Of a stretch of DNA of 64,000 nucleotides, positions 49,836 through 60,565 are shown piece after piece. This DNA is from Octopus bimaculoides (lineage: Eukaryota): contig NC_068998.1 in the NCBI RefSeq assembly GCF_001194135.2, positions 15,403,234 through 15,467,233 on the forward strand. The letters run 5' to 3'. The position numbers were made by a program, and so were the translations under genes. The first letter of the stretch is position 1; every line of letters begins with the position of its first letter. The notes under the pieces were generated by a model. That model was not told the origin of the DNA, did no database searches, and saw only the letters and a list, made by a program, of their open reading frames with translations.

Positions 49836-50769
49836 NNNNNNNNNNNNNNNNNNNNNNNNNNNNNNNNNNNNNNNNNNNNNNNNNNNNNNNNNNNNNNNNN
49901 NNNNNNNNNNNNNNNNNNNNNNNNNNNNNNNNNNNNNNNNNNNNNNNNNNNNNNNNNNNNNNNNNNNNNNNNNNNNNNNNNNNNNNNNNNNNNNNNNNNN
50001 NNNNNNNNNNNNNNNNNNNNNNNNNNNNNNNNNNNNNNNNNNNNNNNNNNNNNNNNNNNNNNNNNNNNNNNNNNNNNNNNNNNNNNNNNNNNNNNNNNNN
50101 NNNNNNNNNNNNNNNNNNNNNNNNNNNNNNNNNNNNNNNNNNNNNNNNNNNNNNNNNNNNNNNNNNNNNNNNNNNNNNNNNNNNNNNNNNNNNNNNNNNN
50201 NNNNNNNNNNNNNNNNNNNNNNNNNNNNNNNNNNNNNNNNNNNNNNNNNNNNNNNNNNNNNNNNNNNNNNNNNNNNNNNNNNNNNNNNNNNNNNNNNNNN
50301 NNNNNNNNNNNNNNNNNNNNNNNNNNNNNNNNNNNNNNNNNNNNNNNNNNNNNNNNNNNNNNNNNNNNNNNNNNNNNNNNNNNNNNNNNNNNNNNNNNNN
50401 NNNNNNNNNNNNNNNNNNNNNNNNNNNNNNNNNNNNNNNNNNNNNNNNNNNNNNNNNNNNNNNNNNNNNNNNNNNNNNNNNNNNNNNNNNNNNNNNNNNN
50501 NNNNNNNNNNNNNNNNNNNNNNNNNNNNNNNNNNNNNNNNNNNNNNNNNNNNNNNNNNNNNNNNNNNNNNNNNNNNNNNNNNNNNNNNNNNNNNNNNNNN
50601 NNNNNNNNNNNNNNNNNNNNNNNNNNNNNNNNNNNNNNNNNNNNNNNNNNNNNNNNNNNNNNNNNNNNNNNNNNNNNNNNNNNNNNNNNNNNNNNNNNNN
50701 NNNNNNNNNNNNNNNNNNNNNNNNNNNNNNNNNNNNNNNNNNNNNNNNNNNNNNNNNNNNNNNNNNNNN

Positions 50770-50820
<51 letters not shown>

Positions 50821-51582
50821 TATACTGTTGACTTCATAATATTCCTGCTTTTATAAAATACCTAAAATAAATAAGAAATAAATCAATATGTAGTTTGCAA
50901 ATATTTTTAATGTGCATTCAAATACTAAATATTCTCTATATTCAATGTCCTTGAAAAAATAGTTATCTTCTCTTACTGTGTCATTCTGGTACATCTCTTT
51001 TTTTTTTTAATTCAAAATTTGAAACTTATCCAGGAAACAAAACATTTTTTACCATCTCTGCTAAACCTGATGACACTCAATGACATTTATGAAACTATGT
51101 AAAGAAATGTTATCTAAAATCTCTTCATACATGTTAATGAACTTCCCACTATCTTTAATCATTAGTATTACAACTTTCATAGTTTCATAGTCCGTGTCAC
51201 CCTAGAAAACACTGACAGATAGTGAACTGGCAAAATTGTTAGAACATTGGACAGTGTTTTGCAGCATTTTGTTAATGCACTTTAATATTTGTAGATCAAA
51301 TACTACTGAGATCAACTGTGTCTTTCATCCTTCTGGGATCAATAAAATAAGTTCCAGTCACATATGAGACTGGTTGTATGTGTATGTGTGTATGACTAAT
51401 TTTAAATACTATTGGATTTTACTCACAAGGTATTGGAATCTTTTATGTATACCATTCTGCTTAAATAATGGATCTACAAATACAATATCCCTGCATATCT
51501 CACATCTATTTTCATTCCTCCACCTCACTCTCTATTTCGTATCTTATCTGAATTAACTATTGCTTAACCACCTTCTCACACC

Positions 51583-51630
51583 GTCTCCGATGAAGGGATA
51601 TAATAAATATCCTGGAAACAGCTGTAAGAC
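51583..51630 (+). ncRNA. Type-I hammerhead-ribozyme-like motif (one core substitution), Penelope-like relic
   Basis: gtct-CCGATGA-a[gggatat aataa atatcct]g-GAAAC-agct-GTA-agac: stem I 4 bp, stem II 7 bp, palindromic stem III loop. U4 is replaced by C. Confidence 0.55.
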
Positions 51631-51662
51631 CTTCTATTTATAAATGTTCTAAAATCTACACA

Positions 51663-52060
51663 GCCTAGGAGTAGGAGTGGCTATGTGGTAATTAGCTTGC
51701 TTACGAACCACATGGTTCCGGGTTCAGTCTCACTGCGTGGCACTTTGAGCAAGTGTCTTCTACTATAGGCTTGGGCTGACCAAAGCCTTGTGAGTGGATT
51801 TGGTAGATGGAAACTGAAAGAAGCCCGTCGTATATATGTATATATATGTATGTATGTTTGTGCGTCTGTGTTTGTCCCCCCAACATCACTTGACAACCGA
51901 TGCTGGTGTCTTTACGTTCCCGTAACTTAGCGGTCCGGCAAAAGAACCGATAAAATAAGTACTAGGTTTACAAAGAATAAGTCCTGGGGTCGATTTGCTC
52001 GACTAAAGGTGGTGCTCCAGCATGGCCGCAGTCAAAAGACTGAAACAAATAAAAGAATAA
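51663..52060 (+). mobile_element. SINE family A copy
   Basis: High similarity to 10737-11157. Confidence 0.9.
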
Positions 52061-52115
52061 TAAATCTGAGTGAATGATGAGATGACCCATTCTGAACAAG
52101 GTGTGAATTAAGCCG

Positions 52116-52470
52116 ATGATCGAAATAACAGCATTTGTTGCTGTTATGTTTGGTGACACTTACAAACCTTCGAATGAAATCTTAACGTTTTGCGCTTTGT
52201 TGATGAGAAAGAAAGGCTACAAGAAAGGTTTAGGGGATAAGTCGATGTCAGTAAAGACAGAAAAGCTGCATCACCTACATTGTTATACACATTCACTTAA
52301 TTTGGTACTCTCTCAATCAGCTTCAAGAGTTCGTGAATGTCGAATTTTCTTCCAAACTTTATGAAGAATTTCGACTTTTTTCTCAGAGTCGATGGCTTGA
52401 ATAGTCCCTACTGGACGAGATCGCTGGAAGGTGATTTCTAAAGTTATAGAGAAGTTACTCGTGTCTTAGT
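52116..52470 (+). mobile_element. hAT transposase fossil fragment (ZMYM1/Tip100-like)
   Basis: HCYTHSLNLVLSQSASRVRECRIFFQTL*RISTFFSES matches the hAT CxxH motif region (HCxAHxLNLV). Contains stops. Confidence 0.7.
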
Positions 52471-52539
52471 AGCTACTTCAAAACGGTGCATCGTCGGGGA
52501 AAAACTATTTTCATTTTCAGACTCACCATATTTCGAAGC

Positions 52540-52570
<31 letters not shown>

Positions 52571-52753
52571 GATAGATAGATATATATCTCGTACCGTAAG
52601 ATCGCTATCCTTGTTGATGAATGAATTAGTAAATAAAGAAGTGAATAGGGTAACTTCAATAATTCTTTCTAATCAAGCTATTTGAGTGGCTCAGATGGTC
52701 CGGTGTATCTTTTTTTAATGTTACTTTTTTTCAGTGTGTCCGTCTGACAATAG

Positions 52754-52854
52754 ATGCTGTCGTTAATTAGAGTATTTTCTATACAGGTAACATTTTGCTT
52801 TTCCAGAACAAATACATTTTGTAATATGATCAGTGACTCACATTTGAAACGAGG
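52754..52854 (+). CDS. MYG1: MYG1 candidate coding exon 1 ([33 protein letters not shown]), presequence-like
   Basis: 101 nt ending at the phase-2 donor GG|gtatgt, exactly the phase needed by exon 2, whose 49 nt upstream of ATG 53962 are open in frame. No acidic residue in the first 27 aa. No homology recognised. Confidence 0.55.
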
Positions 52855-54286
52855 GTATGTATTTGCTATTACTAGTGTATAGATGATACTGTATTCTGAT
52901 TTCTATATAAGAAAAGTATATTTTTGTTATAATTGTATTGAATTGAAAAAAAACCGCGAAAGCCATTAAAATGCAGAATTTCCATTTAACAGGCTTTTGA
53001 CGTTTTGCTCTAAATCCGCTGAGATACGATCAAATATACGCTTGAAAGCAATAGCAACGTATATATTCTTAATACTAATGAATAGCGATTAAATTTTATC
53101 TTTTATACAGAGTAATTTTTTAAAGCAAACGTAGGGTGAATGAACTAGACATATACATATACACGTAAACACGACATATGTAGTTTTAAAATATTCATTT
53201 AAGCTTTTGAAAAATGATAAATGATTTTATAGTTAAAAAAAACTACTAATCCTATGCAATCAAAATATGTAATTATATTTAGTTGATTGCTTTTCGCTGT
53301 CTCCGTGAATTTAATCATGCCGCTTTATGTATAGGTAAATACAAAACCAGATGTTCATATTCTGATATTTTGAATGCATTTAATACACGTTTCGAGTACT
53401 TATACACATAAGAACTATCTTGCGTAACAACTCGTAAAACTATTAGAAACACGCGTATTAAATACGTTCAAAATATCAACGTTTGTCTATAATAGTGGTT
53501 CTCAACTTAGAATCCTCTTTGATTCCTATTTTACTTAGGATGGACTCTCATAGCTATTCGACGGTTTAAAAAAATCCTATTATATTTTTACAATTGATGT
53601 TACACATTGTTAGGTACAAAACACATTGTTTTGCATTTTAGCCTTCAAATGACGCCACAGTAGAAAGGATTATTATTGTTCAGCATTTGGTAGTTTCAGA
53701 TAAATACTGCATCAGCTGCTACACCTCCATGTTGCTGGGGTGTGTGCTGCATTGTGTGTTCTTTTTTGTTGTTGGGGGAATGGAAACTCTTCCTGGTATT
53801 GTATTGCATCAGTTTCTTTTGTTATATTAGTGTGTGTAATGTGTTAGGTATCTGGCGAGTAGGTAGTTGTTTATTTTATTATTATTATTATTATTATTGA
53901 ATTACTTTGCAGCCATACTAAGAACTCCTCTGATAATTCAGACACTGCAAAAAAATCTGCCATGGTCAAGAAAATTGGAACACATAATGGTACTTTCCAT
54001 TGTGACGAAGCTCTAGCCTGTTTTCTACTCAGATTGCTTCCTGAATATGAAGATTCCACTATCATCAGGTAAATATAATTTTATGTTCAGATATGTATTT
54101 TATATTCGGATATAATATGAGGTTCAGGTGTTGCTGTGTGGTAAGAAGTTTGCTTCCCAACCACATAATTTCAGGTTCAGTTCAGTCCCACTGTGTAGCA
54201 CTTTGGGCAAGTTTCTTCTACTATAGCCCTGGGCTAATCAAAGCCTTGTGAGTGGCTTTAGTCGATGGACACTGAAAGATCATTAC

Positions 54287-54323
<37 letters not shown>

Positions 54324-57300
54324 TGCAGATCATCATCATCGTTTAATGTCCACTTTCCATGCTGGCATGGGTTTTCTCCATTGTTCTCAACACGTTATAT
54401 AGATAGAATGCTGCTTGAGAAGCTTCTCTGCATTTAGATCTCTGCTTTTGCAGCTCTACTTCAGTATCCCATGCTTTCCCAAGGGAAGGCCTTCCTATCC
54501 CAGGTCTTATTGGTTTTCAATTGTCTTTGATGTTCTTGTAACTTGGCATTTTTTTCTAGGTAGAAGTGGTCCATATATTCTGACTTCTACCCTGTGACCT
54601 GTCAAGAATAGGAGGCTCTACAAAGAGCTTGTGCTCCACTAGCATAGTTCTTAGGGTCATTGAAGCACACAAGCCACCAGACCACAACAAGAACTTCACC
54701 TTGTGGTGGACTTTGCATGTACGTAAAACAGCAGTGTGCAGGTATTTTGAAAATACTTCAATGAGTGATGACCATACCCTGTATAGTTACAGGTTGCCCT
54801 TTGGCAAAGTATAGCAACTGTTCAGCCACCCTACCAGGGATACGGCAAAGTCATGTGACTGCAACACGACAGATTGTGAAGAGGTAGCAGAAGAGCTCAA
54901 CTGAGCCAATGGTACTTCTTACATTGGTGCTGAACAGAGGAATCCTAGAAGATCAACGGTCAAGATGGCCAAGCTCTATCAAGAGAATAACTGCAACACA
55001 TCCATAGGGATGGTGTCCATGGTTGTGTAATCAACTAATGAAAGATTCACTATGACTCAAGCTTCCAATTCAAATTCATAAAAATGGAACTGGATGGTGA
55101 CAGAGTCATGGGAATCTGTGAAAGCAGCAAAAAAGAGAAATATAATGTCCTGTAACTTGACTTTATATGAATAAATATATTTGCTTTTACTTTATATTCC
55201 AGAACCCGTGATTCTGAAAAGTTGGCTACTTGTGATGTTGTAGTTGATGTCGGTGGTGTGTACGATCCTTCTACATTCAGATTTGATCATCATCAACGGT
55301 TAGAAACTTTATTTGAATCTGTTTTGTTATCCTCTCAAAATGACACTGATTAAATACAATTTTTGCTTATTACTTTTATTTCCCTATCTCTGTACAAATA
55401 GGTGCGGGCGTACCTATGTGGTTAAGAAGCTTACTTCTCAACCATGTGGTCTTGGGTCCAGTCTCACTGTGCAGCATGTTGGGCAAGTGTCTTCTAGTAT
55501 AACTCCTGCCCAACAAAAGCCTTGTAAGTGGATTTGATTGATGGAAACTGGAAGAAACCCCTAATAGATCTATCTATTTCTCTATCTGTCTCTATCTATC
55601 TATCTGTGTGTATGTGTATGCATTGACTTCATTGAAATTTGAACTGAATATGTAAAGATGGATGAAATGCTGCTAAGCATTTTGCCTGGTGTGATAACAA
55701 TTCTGCCAGTTTCCCACCATAATGTATGGAGTTGGTGCATAATTAATGACTGTTTTATCATTTAATTTGCAATAGTTTTAAATAAAACTTAGAATAAGAA
55801 AACAGTTGTTAATTATGTACCAACCAAATAGATGAAATAATCATTTTTTTCATCTTCAGAGATAAGATTAATGACCTCCTCTTCCTTTTTAATAATAACT
55901 CATTCTAAGCATGTACATATTTATTTTTTGTTCTAATTTAAGGAAATATGGTTTTTAATTGCAGAAAAATGTTATATTTCTTTTCATATTTTATACAGAT
56001 CATTTAATGAATCAATGTCAAGCTTAAATTCAAGCAAGAAGTGGACAACTAAACTGAGCAGTGCTGGTTTGGTCTACTACCATTTTGGTGAACGTATCAT
56101 CCAGAATGTTTTGAAATGTGGCAAAGAAGACAATAAAATTGTGACAACAATTTTTGATAAAGTTTACGAACGTTTCATTGAAGAAATAGATGGGATAGAC
56201 AATGGAATCAATCAGTGTGAATGTACACCAAAGTAACTACAAAAAATGTTTCTTGTTTTTTTTGGCACATACTCTCTCTTTTTGTCTCTTTTGGTGTGTG
56301 AATATGAAAATGTTTGTAATCAGTGTTAAATGCATATATAGTCAATGTATATATAGGTGCAGGCATAGCTATGTGGTAAGAAAATTTACTTCCCAACCAC
56401 ATGGTTTTGGGTTCAGTCCCACTGTGTGGCACTTTAGGCAAGTGTCTTCTACTATAGCCTCAGGCTGACCAAAGCCTTGTCAGTGGATTTGGTAGATGAG
56501 AACTGAAAGAAGCCCATCATGTATATGTGTATGTACATATCTATGTGTGTGTTACTTTGTGTTTGTTTGATAAGCCTGTAACTTAGAGGTTTGGCAAAGA
56601 GAGACCAATAGAATAAGTATCAGACTTTAAAATTAAAAAAAAAAGTCCTGGAGTTAATTTGTTCAATGAAACCCTTCCATGACTGAAACAAGTAAAAGAT
56701 AAAAAATAATTATATCACTAATGGTTGTTCCTTCCTGGACCCGATTTAGTATTGGATGCATGCATGCATGCTAGTAGAAGACTACTGAGGCAAAATTTCA
56801 TGTTAATTTATATTTTAAACAGTAGTTTAATATGATAAAGTCATTTTAATAAATTCTTCATTATTTTCAAAATTAATTGAAAGAAAGGAAGTGTCTTTTG
56901 ACATAGATATGGTAACAAAGGGGTTAAATTTATTGATTTTATATATACAAACCATTGACAACTTAAAGATAATGTTCAACTGTACCTGATAAAATAGACA
57001 GTCTGTGACCATCTACCAATGGTTTAATTCAGAGCAATTTATAGCTGCCTAACAGGATGGTTTCTCTTTTAAGAATAAACTCTTTTTATAAGGTATGTGC
57101 TGAGCTCCTGTATAAAAAGGTAAAGACCCCCTTTCGGCCAGGAGTGATCATGGGATTGCACCTAGAAAGTTCCCCTCTGAGGCACAAGTCCAGGCAAGGC
57201 TGTTTATGGAAGACCAGCAGTCACCCATGCATACCAACCTCCCCTCTCCATGCCACTGATGTTGTCCAAGAGAAAGGCAAAGGCTGATACAGCTTGGCAC

Positions 57301-60300
57301 CAGTGATGTCACGACTCATTTCTACAGCTGAATGAACTGGAGCAACATGAAATAAAGTGTCTTGCTCAGGAACACAACACACAGCCTGGTCTAGGGATCA
57401 AACTCGCTACATCATGATTGTGAGCTTGATGCTCTAACCACTGAGCCAAGCACCTTCACAGGGCTCTTGTATAGGTTTACAATATAAGAGAGGTAAATAA
57501 AATAAATACAAGTAAGCAAAAAAGTGTTTATTCCAGCAGAGTTTGATCTCAAGAAAGTGAGTTAGTGAAGAACTAATTTTTAATAAAATATTTAATTGCA
57601 TTAAACACCATCTGTGCTGTTACCATTATTATTTAATTGGAACAAAACAGATTAGCAGAGTCAGTGGAGCATAAGACAAAATTGCCTTGTGATAATTAGT
57701 TACTTTCTTGAATTTACCTTTTAGGTTTCTGATTCATTAAAATAAAGTACCTGTTATGTACTGGGGTTGGGTCTTGTGCCTATGTTAAAAACCATTTTTA
57801 TTTAACAATAACTAAAAAGCAGTTTTAGAAGATCCTTTGAAATAGTATTCAAATTAATCACACAAACACTGTAAAAATGTACTAATATATTTTAATATAA
57901 GTATCCTTATTTTATTTTGTTGTCTTTTGTAGATACATTATTTCAACAAATCTCTCCGGTCGAGTTTCACATTTGAATCCATTGTGGAATTGCAGCGACA
58001 CTAATGAAGAGGTATGTTTGATTTAAGTTTTAGAAACATTAGCATGCCAGACAAATAAATGCTTGGTGGCATTTCATCCATCTTAATGTTCTGAGTTTAG
58101 ATTTCGATGTGGACGACTTTGCCTTTCATCCTACACAATTTTTGTCCATGGGTAGCAATTATTATTTCCTAGAAAGTATGAAAAATGGTTAATATTTCCT
58201 TCAAACTTTGCTTTTGTTACAATTATTCAAACCCTAAAGAATCCCCCTCAACACATGACTGTGATGCTCCCCCCACTACTCCTGCTCACGATCAAAGATA
58301 CACATATTATCACCACTAAGGGACATGCTCAAGTGACAAGCAACTGACAAGCAAATCTGTAGTATTGGACAGAATATTTGTTATAACAATATTTCTGCTT
58401 CAGCAACTAGCACTGAATCTGTCTGAAATGTAATGGAAAATAGATTAGTTTCAAAACATTGATGTCCAGATCACTAAAAGTAAAGTTTGAAGGGAATAGT
58501 AGTCATTTCCTTTGATTTCTCGATAGAAGCAAATAAGAAATAACACTTACTGACCAAAGACAAAAAAAAAATTAAAATTTTGTAACACTATGTTATCTAC
58601 ATCTTTTAAAATCTCCTCCAGGATCAGTTTAAGAAAGCTATGGAGCTAGTTGGCAGTGAATTTCTTGAGCGAGTGACATTTTATAAGAATTCTTGGATTC
58701 CTGCAAGAAAAATTGTCAAACAAGCAATAGAAGAAAGATACGAGGTTTGTTTTGTTTATAAATTTTTAAATTCATTTCTTTATAGATTTTATATTAATGA
58801 TAAATTACTTGTGTGTGTGTGTACAAATGAACAGAAAATCATAATGCATGTATTACAGTTTATTCAAGGATGTGGGTTCTGCAATTTCTCGCTGAACAAC
58901 CTGCACAGGCGATTTGTTTATAGTGATGAAACGTTTGTGCTGTACGTCAGCTCACTCCCTTTGTCAAATCAACATTGCCTGTACAGGTGCATGGTGCAGC
59001 ACATGTCAGGAGTCAAAGTGATCGCAGAGCAATGTGAGATGGAGTTTTTTACTCAAGAACACAATGCATCGCTCAGTCCAGGGATTGAAACAGTAGCCAT
59101 GAGTACAACCTAACTACTTAACCATGTGCCCTCACACACACACTGTTCATATTTGATACCTTCCAGATGTGACTGTGTGGTAAGAAGCTTGCTTCTCAGC
59201 CACATGGTTTCATGTACACCTCCACTGCATGGCACCTTGGGCAAGTGTCTTCAACTATAGCCTCAGACTGGCCAAAGCCTTGTGAGTGGATTTAGTAAAT
59301 GGAACCTATATGTGTGTGTGTGTGTATCTGTGATTGCTCACTCCACCCTCACTGATTGACAACTGGTGATGGTGTGTCCATGTCCTCATAATTTAGTGGT
59401 TCAGCAAAAGAAACCAATAAAATAAGTACTGGGGTTGATACATTAGACTAAAAAGAAATTCGTCAAGGTGGTGCTGCAGCATGGCTGTTGTCTAATGACT
59501 GAACCAAGTAAAAGATAAAAGATACAAACACACACACACACACACACAAACAAATATAAATGCTTAGGGAAAATACAAAGAAGTTTGCTAAACTAACAAT
59601 TAATGCTTATTCTTTATTAATGTTTCCTCTCCAGATTGACAAAAGTGGGGAGGTTCTCTTACTGAAGAATGGTGGTTGTCCGTGGAAAGACCATCTACTT
59701 TCATTGGAACAAGAAATGGATATAAGTCCAAAGATAAAATATGTCCTCTTCACTGACCAAAATGGCTGTTGGCGTATTCTGTGTGTTCCTGTAGAATTGG
59801 GATCTTTCACTAATCGGTAAGAAATTTGTTTTTACAACATTCACTGTTTGTGAAGGCACAGGCATGGTTACGTAGTTGAAAAGTTTGATTCTGGGTTCAG
59901 TCTTTCTGCATGGCACTTATAGCACGTTCTGCTATAGTCCCATGTTGACTAAAGCCTTATGTGTGAATTTGATAGACAAAAACTGAAAGAAGCCCATCAT
60001 ATGTGAGGTGTGCCCCAGCATGGCCACGGTCTAATGACTGAAGCAAAAGATAAAAGAAGGTAGTGTTGGTTAGCCTAAGTCTTGTTAGTAAAAGTGGGTT
60101 GGCAAAAACTTTCAGATGTGTCATATCTGTAATTCAAAGACCCAGCTGTGTCACACTGAATCTGCTTGAAAACTATGTTAAGAATGCACATGTCTGTGGA
60201 TTACTCAGCCATTGATAAGCAGGTAGTTTATTTAATCAAACAACTGAATACTTATCATTTGCTGTGTTTTCTGTAAGCTGATACCCTAAATTTTTTTCAA

Positions 60301-60565
60301 AACTGTTTTAATTCCAACTCGTTTTTTCATTTCAGTGTTTCTCCTGAACATTCAAAATTTCTCCTCCTTTTTTTTCCTCTTCTCTTCTTGCAGACTCTCT
60401 CTCCCTGAAGAATGGCGTGGATTGCGAAATGAGGAACTGAGTGAAAAAAGTGGCATTAAAGGGTGTGTTTTTGTCCATGCAGGAGGTTTCATAGGTGGAA
60501 ACAAAACATACGATGGAATTATTGAAATGGCACAAGTTGCTCTTGCTCAGAAAAGAGACGAATAA
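52754..60565 (+). CDS. MYG1: MYG1 exonuclease (UPF0160, DHH-superfamily 3'-5' exoribonuclease): spliced CDS span
   Basis: Motifs [59 protein letters not shown]. Exons join in frame to the TAA at 60563-60565, giving 380 aa if the candidate exon 1 is used. Confidence 0.96.
53913..54068 (+). CDS. MYG1: MYG1 exon 2 (..[38 protein letters not shown])
   Basis: Acceptor ttactttgcag, donor gtaaat. In-frame ATG at 53962. Confidence 0.95.
55203..55298 (+). CDS. MYG1: MYG1 exon 3 ([32 protein letters not shown])
   Basis: 96 nt, DHH motif, acceptor atattccag, donor gttaga. Confidence 0.96.
55999..56232 (+). CDS. MYG1: MYG1 exon 4 (SFNESMSSL...[13 protein letters not shown]...[10 protein letters not shown])
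   Basis: 234 nt, acceptor ttttatacag, donor gtaact. Confidence 0.96.
57115..57460 (-). mobile_element. tRNA-derived SINE family D
   Basis: ggctcagtggttagagc...gagtttgatccc head on the minus strand. Copies at 39515-39858(-) and 61748-62095(+). Confidence 0.88.
57933..58011 (+). CDS. MYG1: MYG1 exon 5 ([26 protein letters not shown])
   Basis: 79 nt, LS.RV..LNP.WN motif, acceptor cttttgtag, donor gtatgt. Confidence 0.95.
58622..58744 (+). CDS. MYG1: MYG1 exon 6 ([18 protein letters not shown]...SWIPARKIV...RYE)
   Basis: 123 nt, acceptor ctcctccag, donor gtttgt. Confidence 0.95.
59635..59816 (+). CDS. MYG1: MYG1 exon 7 ([10 protein letters not shown]...CPWKDHL...WRILCVP...FTNR)
   Basis: 182 nt, acceptor cctctccag, donor gtaaga. 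Confidence 0.96.
60394..60565 (+). CDS. MYG1: MYG1 terminal exon ([35 protein letters not shown]...RDE*)
   Basis: Long polypyrimidine acceptor ending cttgcag; TAA stop at 60563-60565. Confidence 0.96.

Larger units (their letters stand above)
52060..53600. promoter_or_regulatory. CpG-retaining region, probable MYG1 promoter (possibly bidirectional)
   Basis: CG dinucleotides are visibly more frequent than in the neighbouring intronic DNA, and the region contains the candidate first exon. Judged by eye, not computed. Confidence 0.5.

Noticed and set aside
51067-51105. ctgatga...gaaac-tat-gta arrangement
   Set aside because: Stems I and II do not pair; probably chance.
54400-55080. GC-richer intronic segment resembling a retroelement UTR, possibly with an HDV-like fold
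   Set aside because: I could not build the nested double pseudoknot or assign a family by eye.
58640-59113. 157-aa plus-strand ORF
   Set aside because: This is MYG1 exon 6 reading through its donor into intronic SINE sequence.
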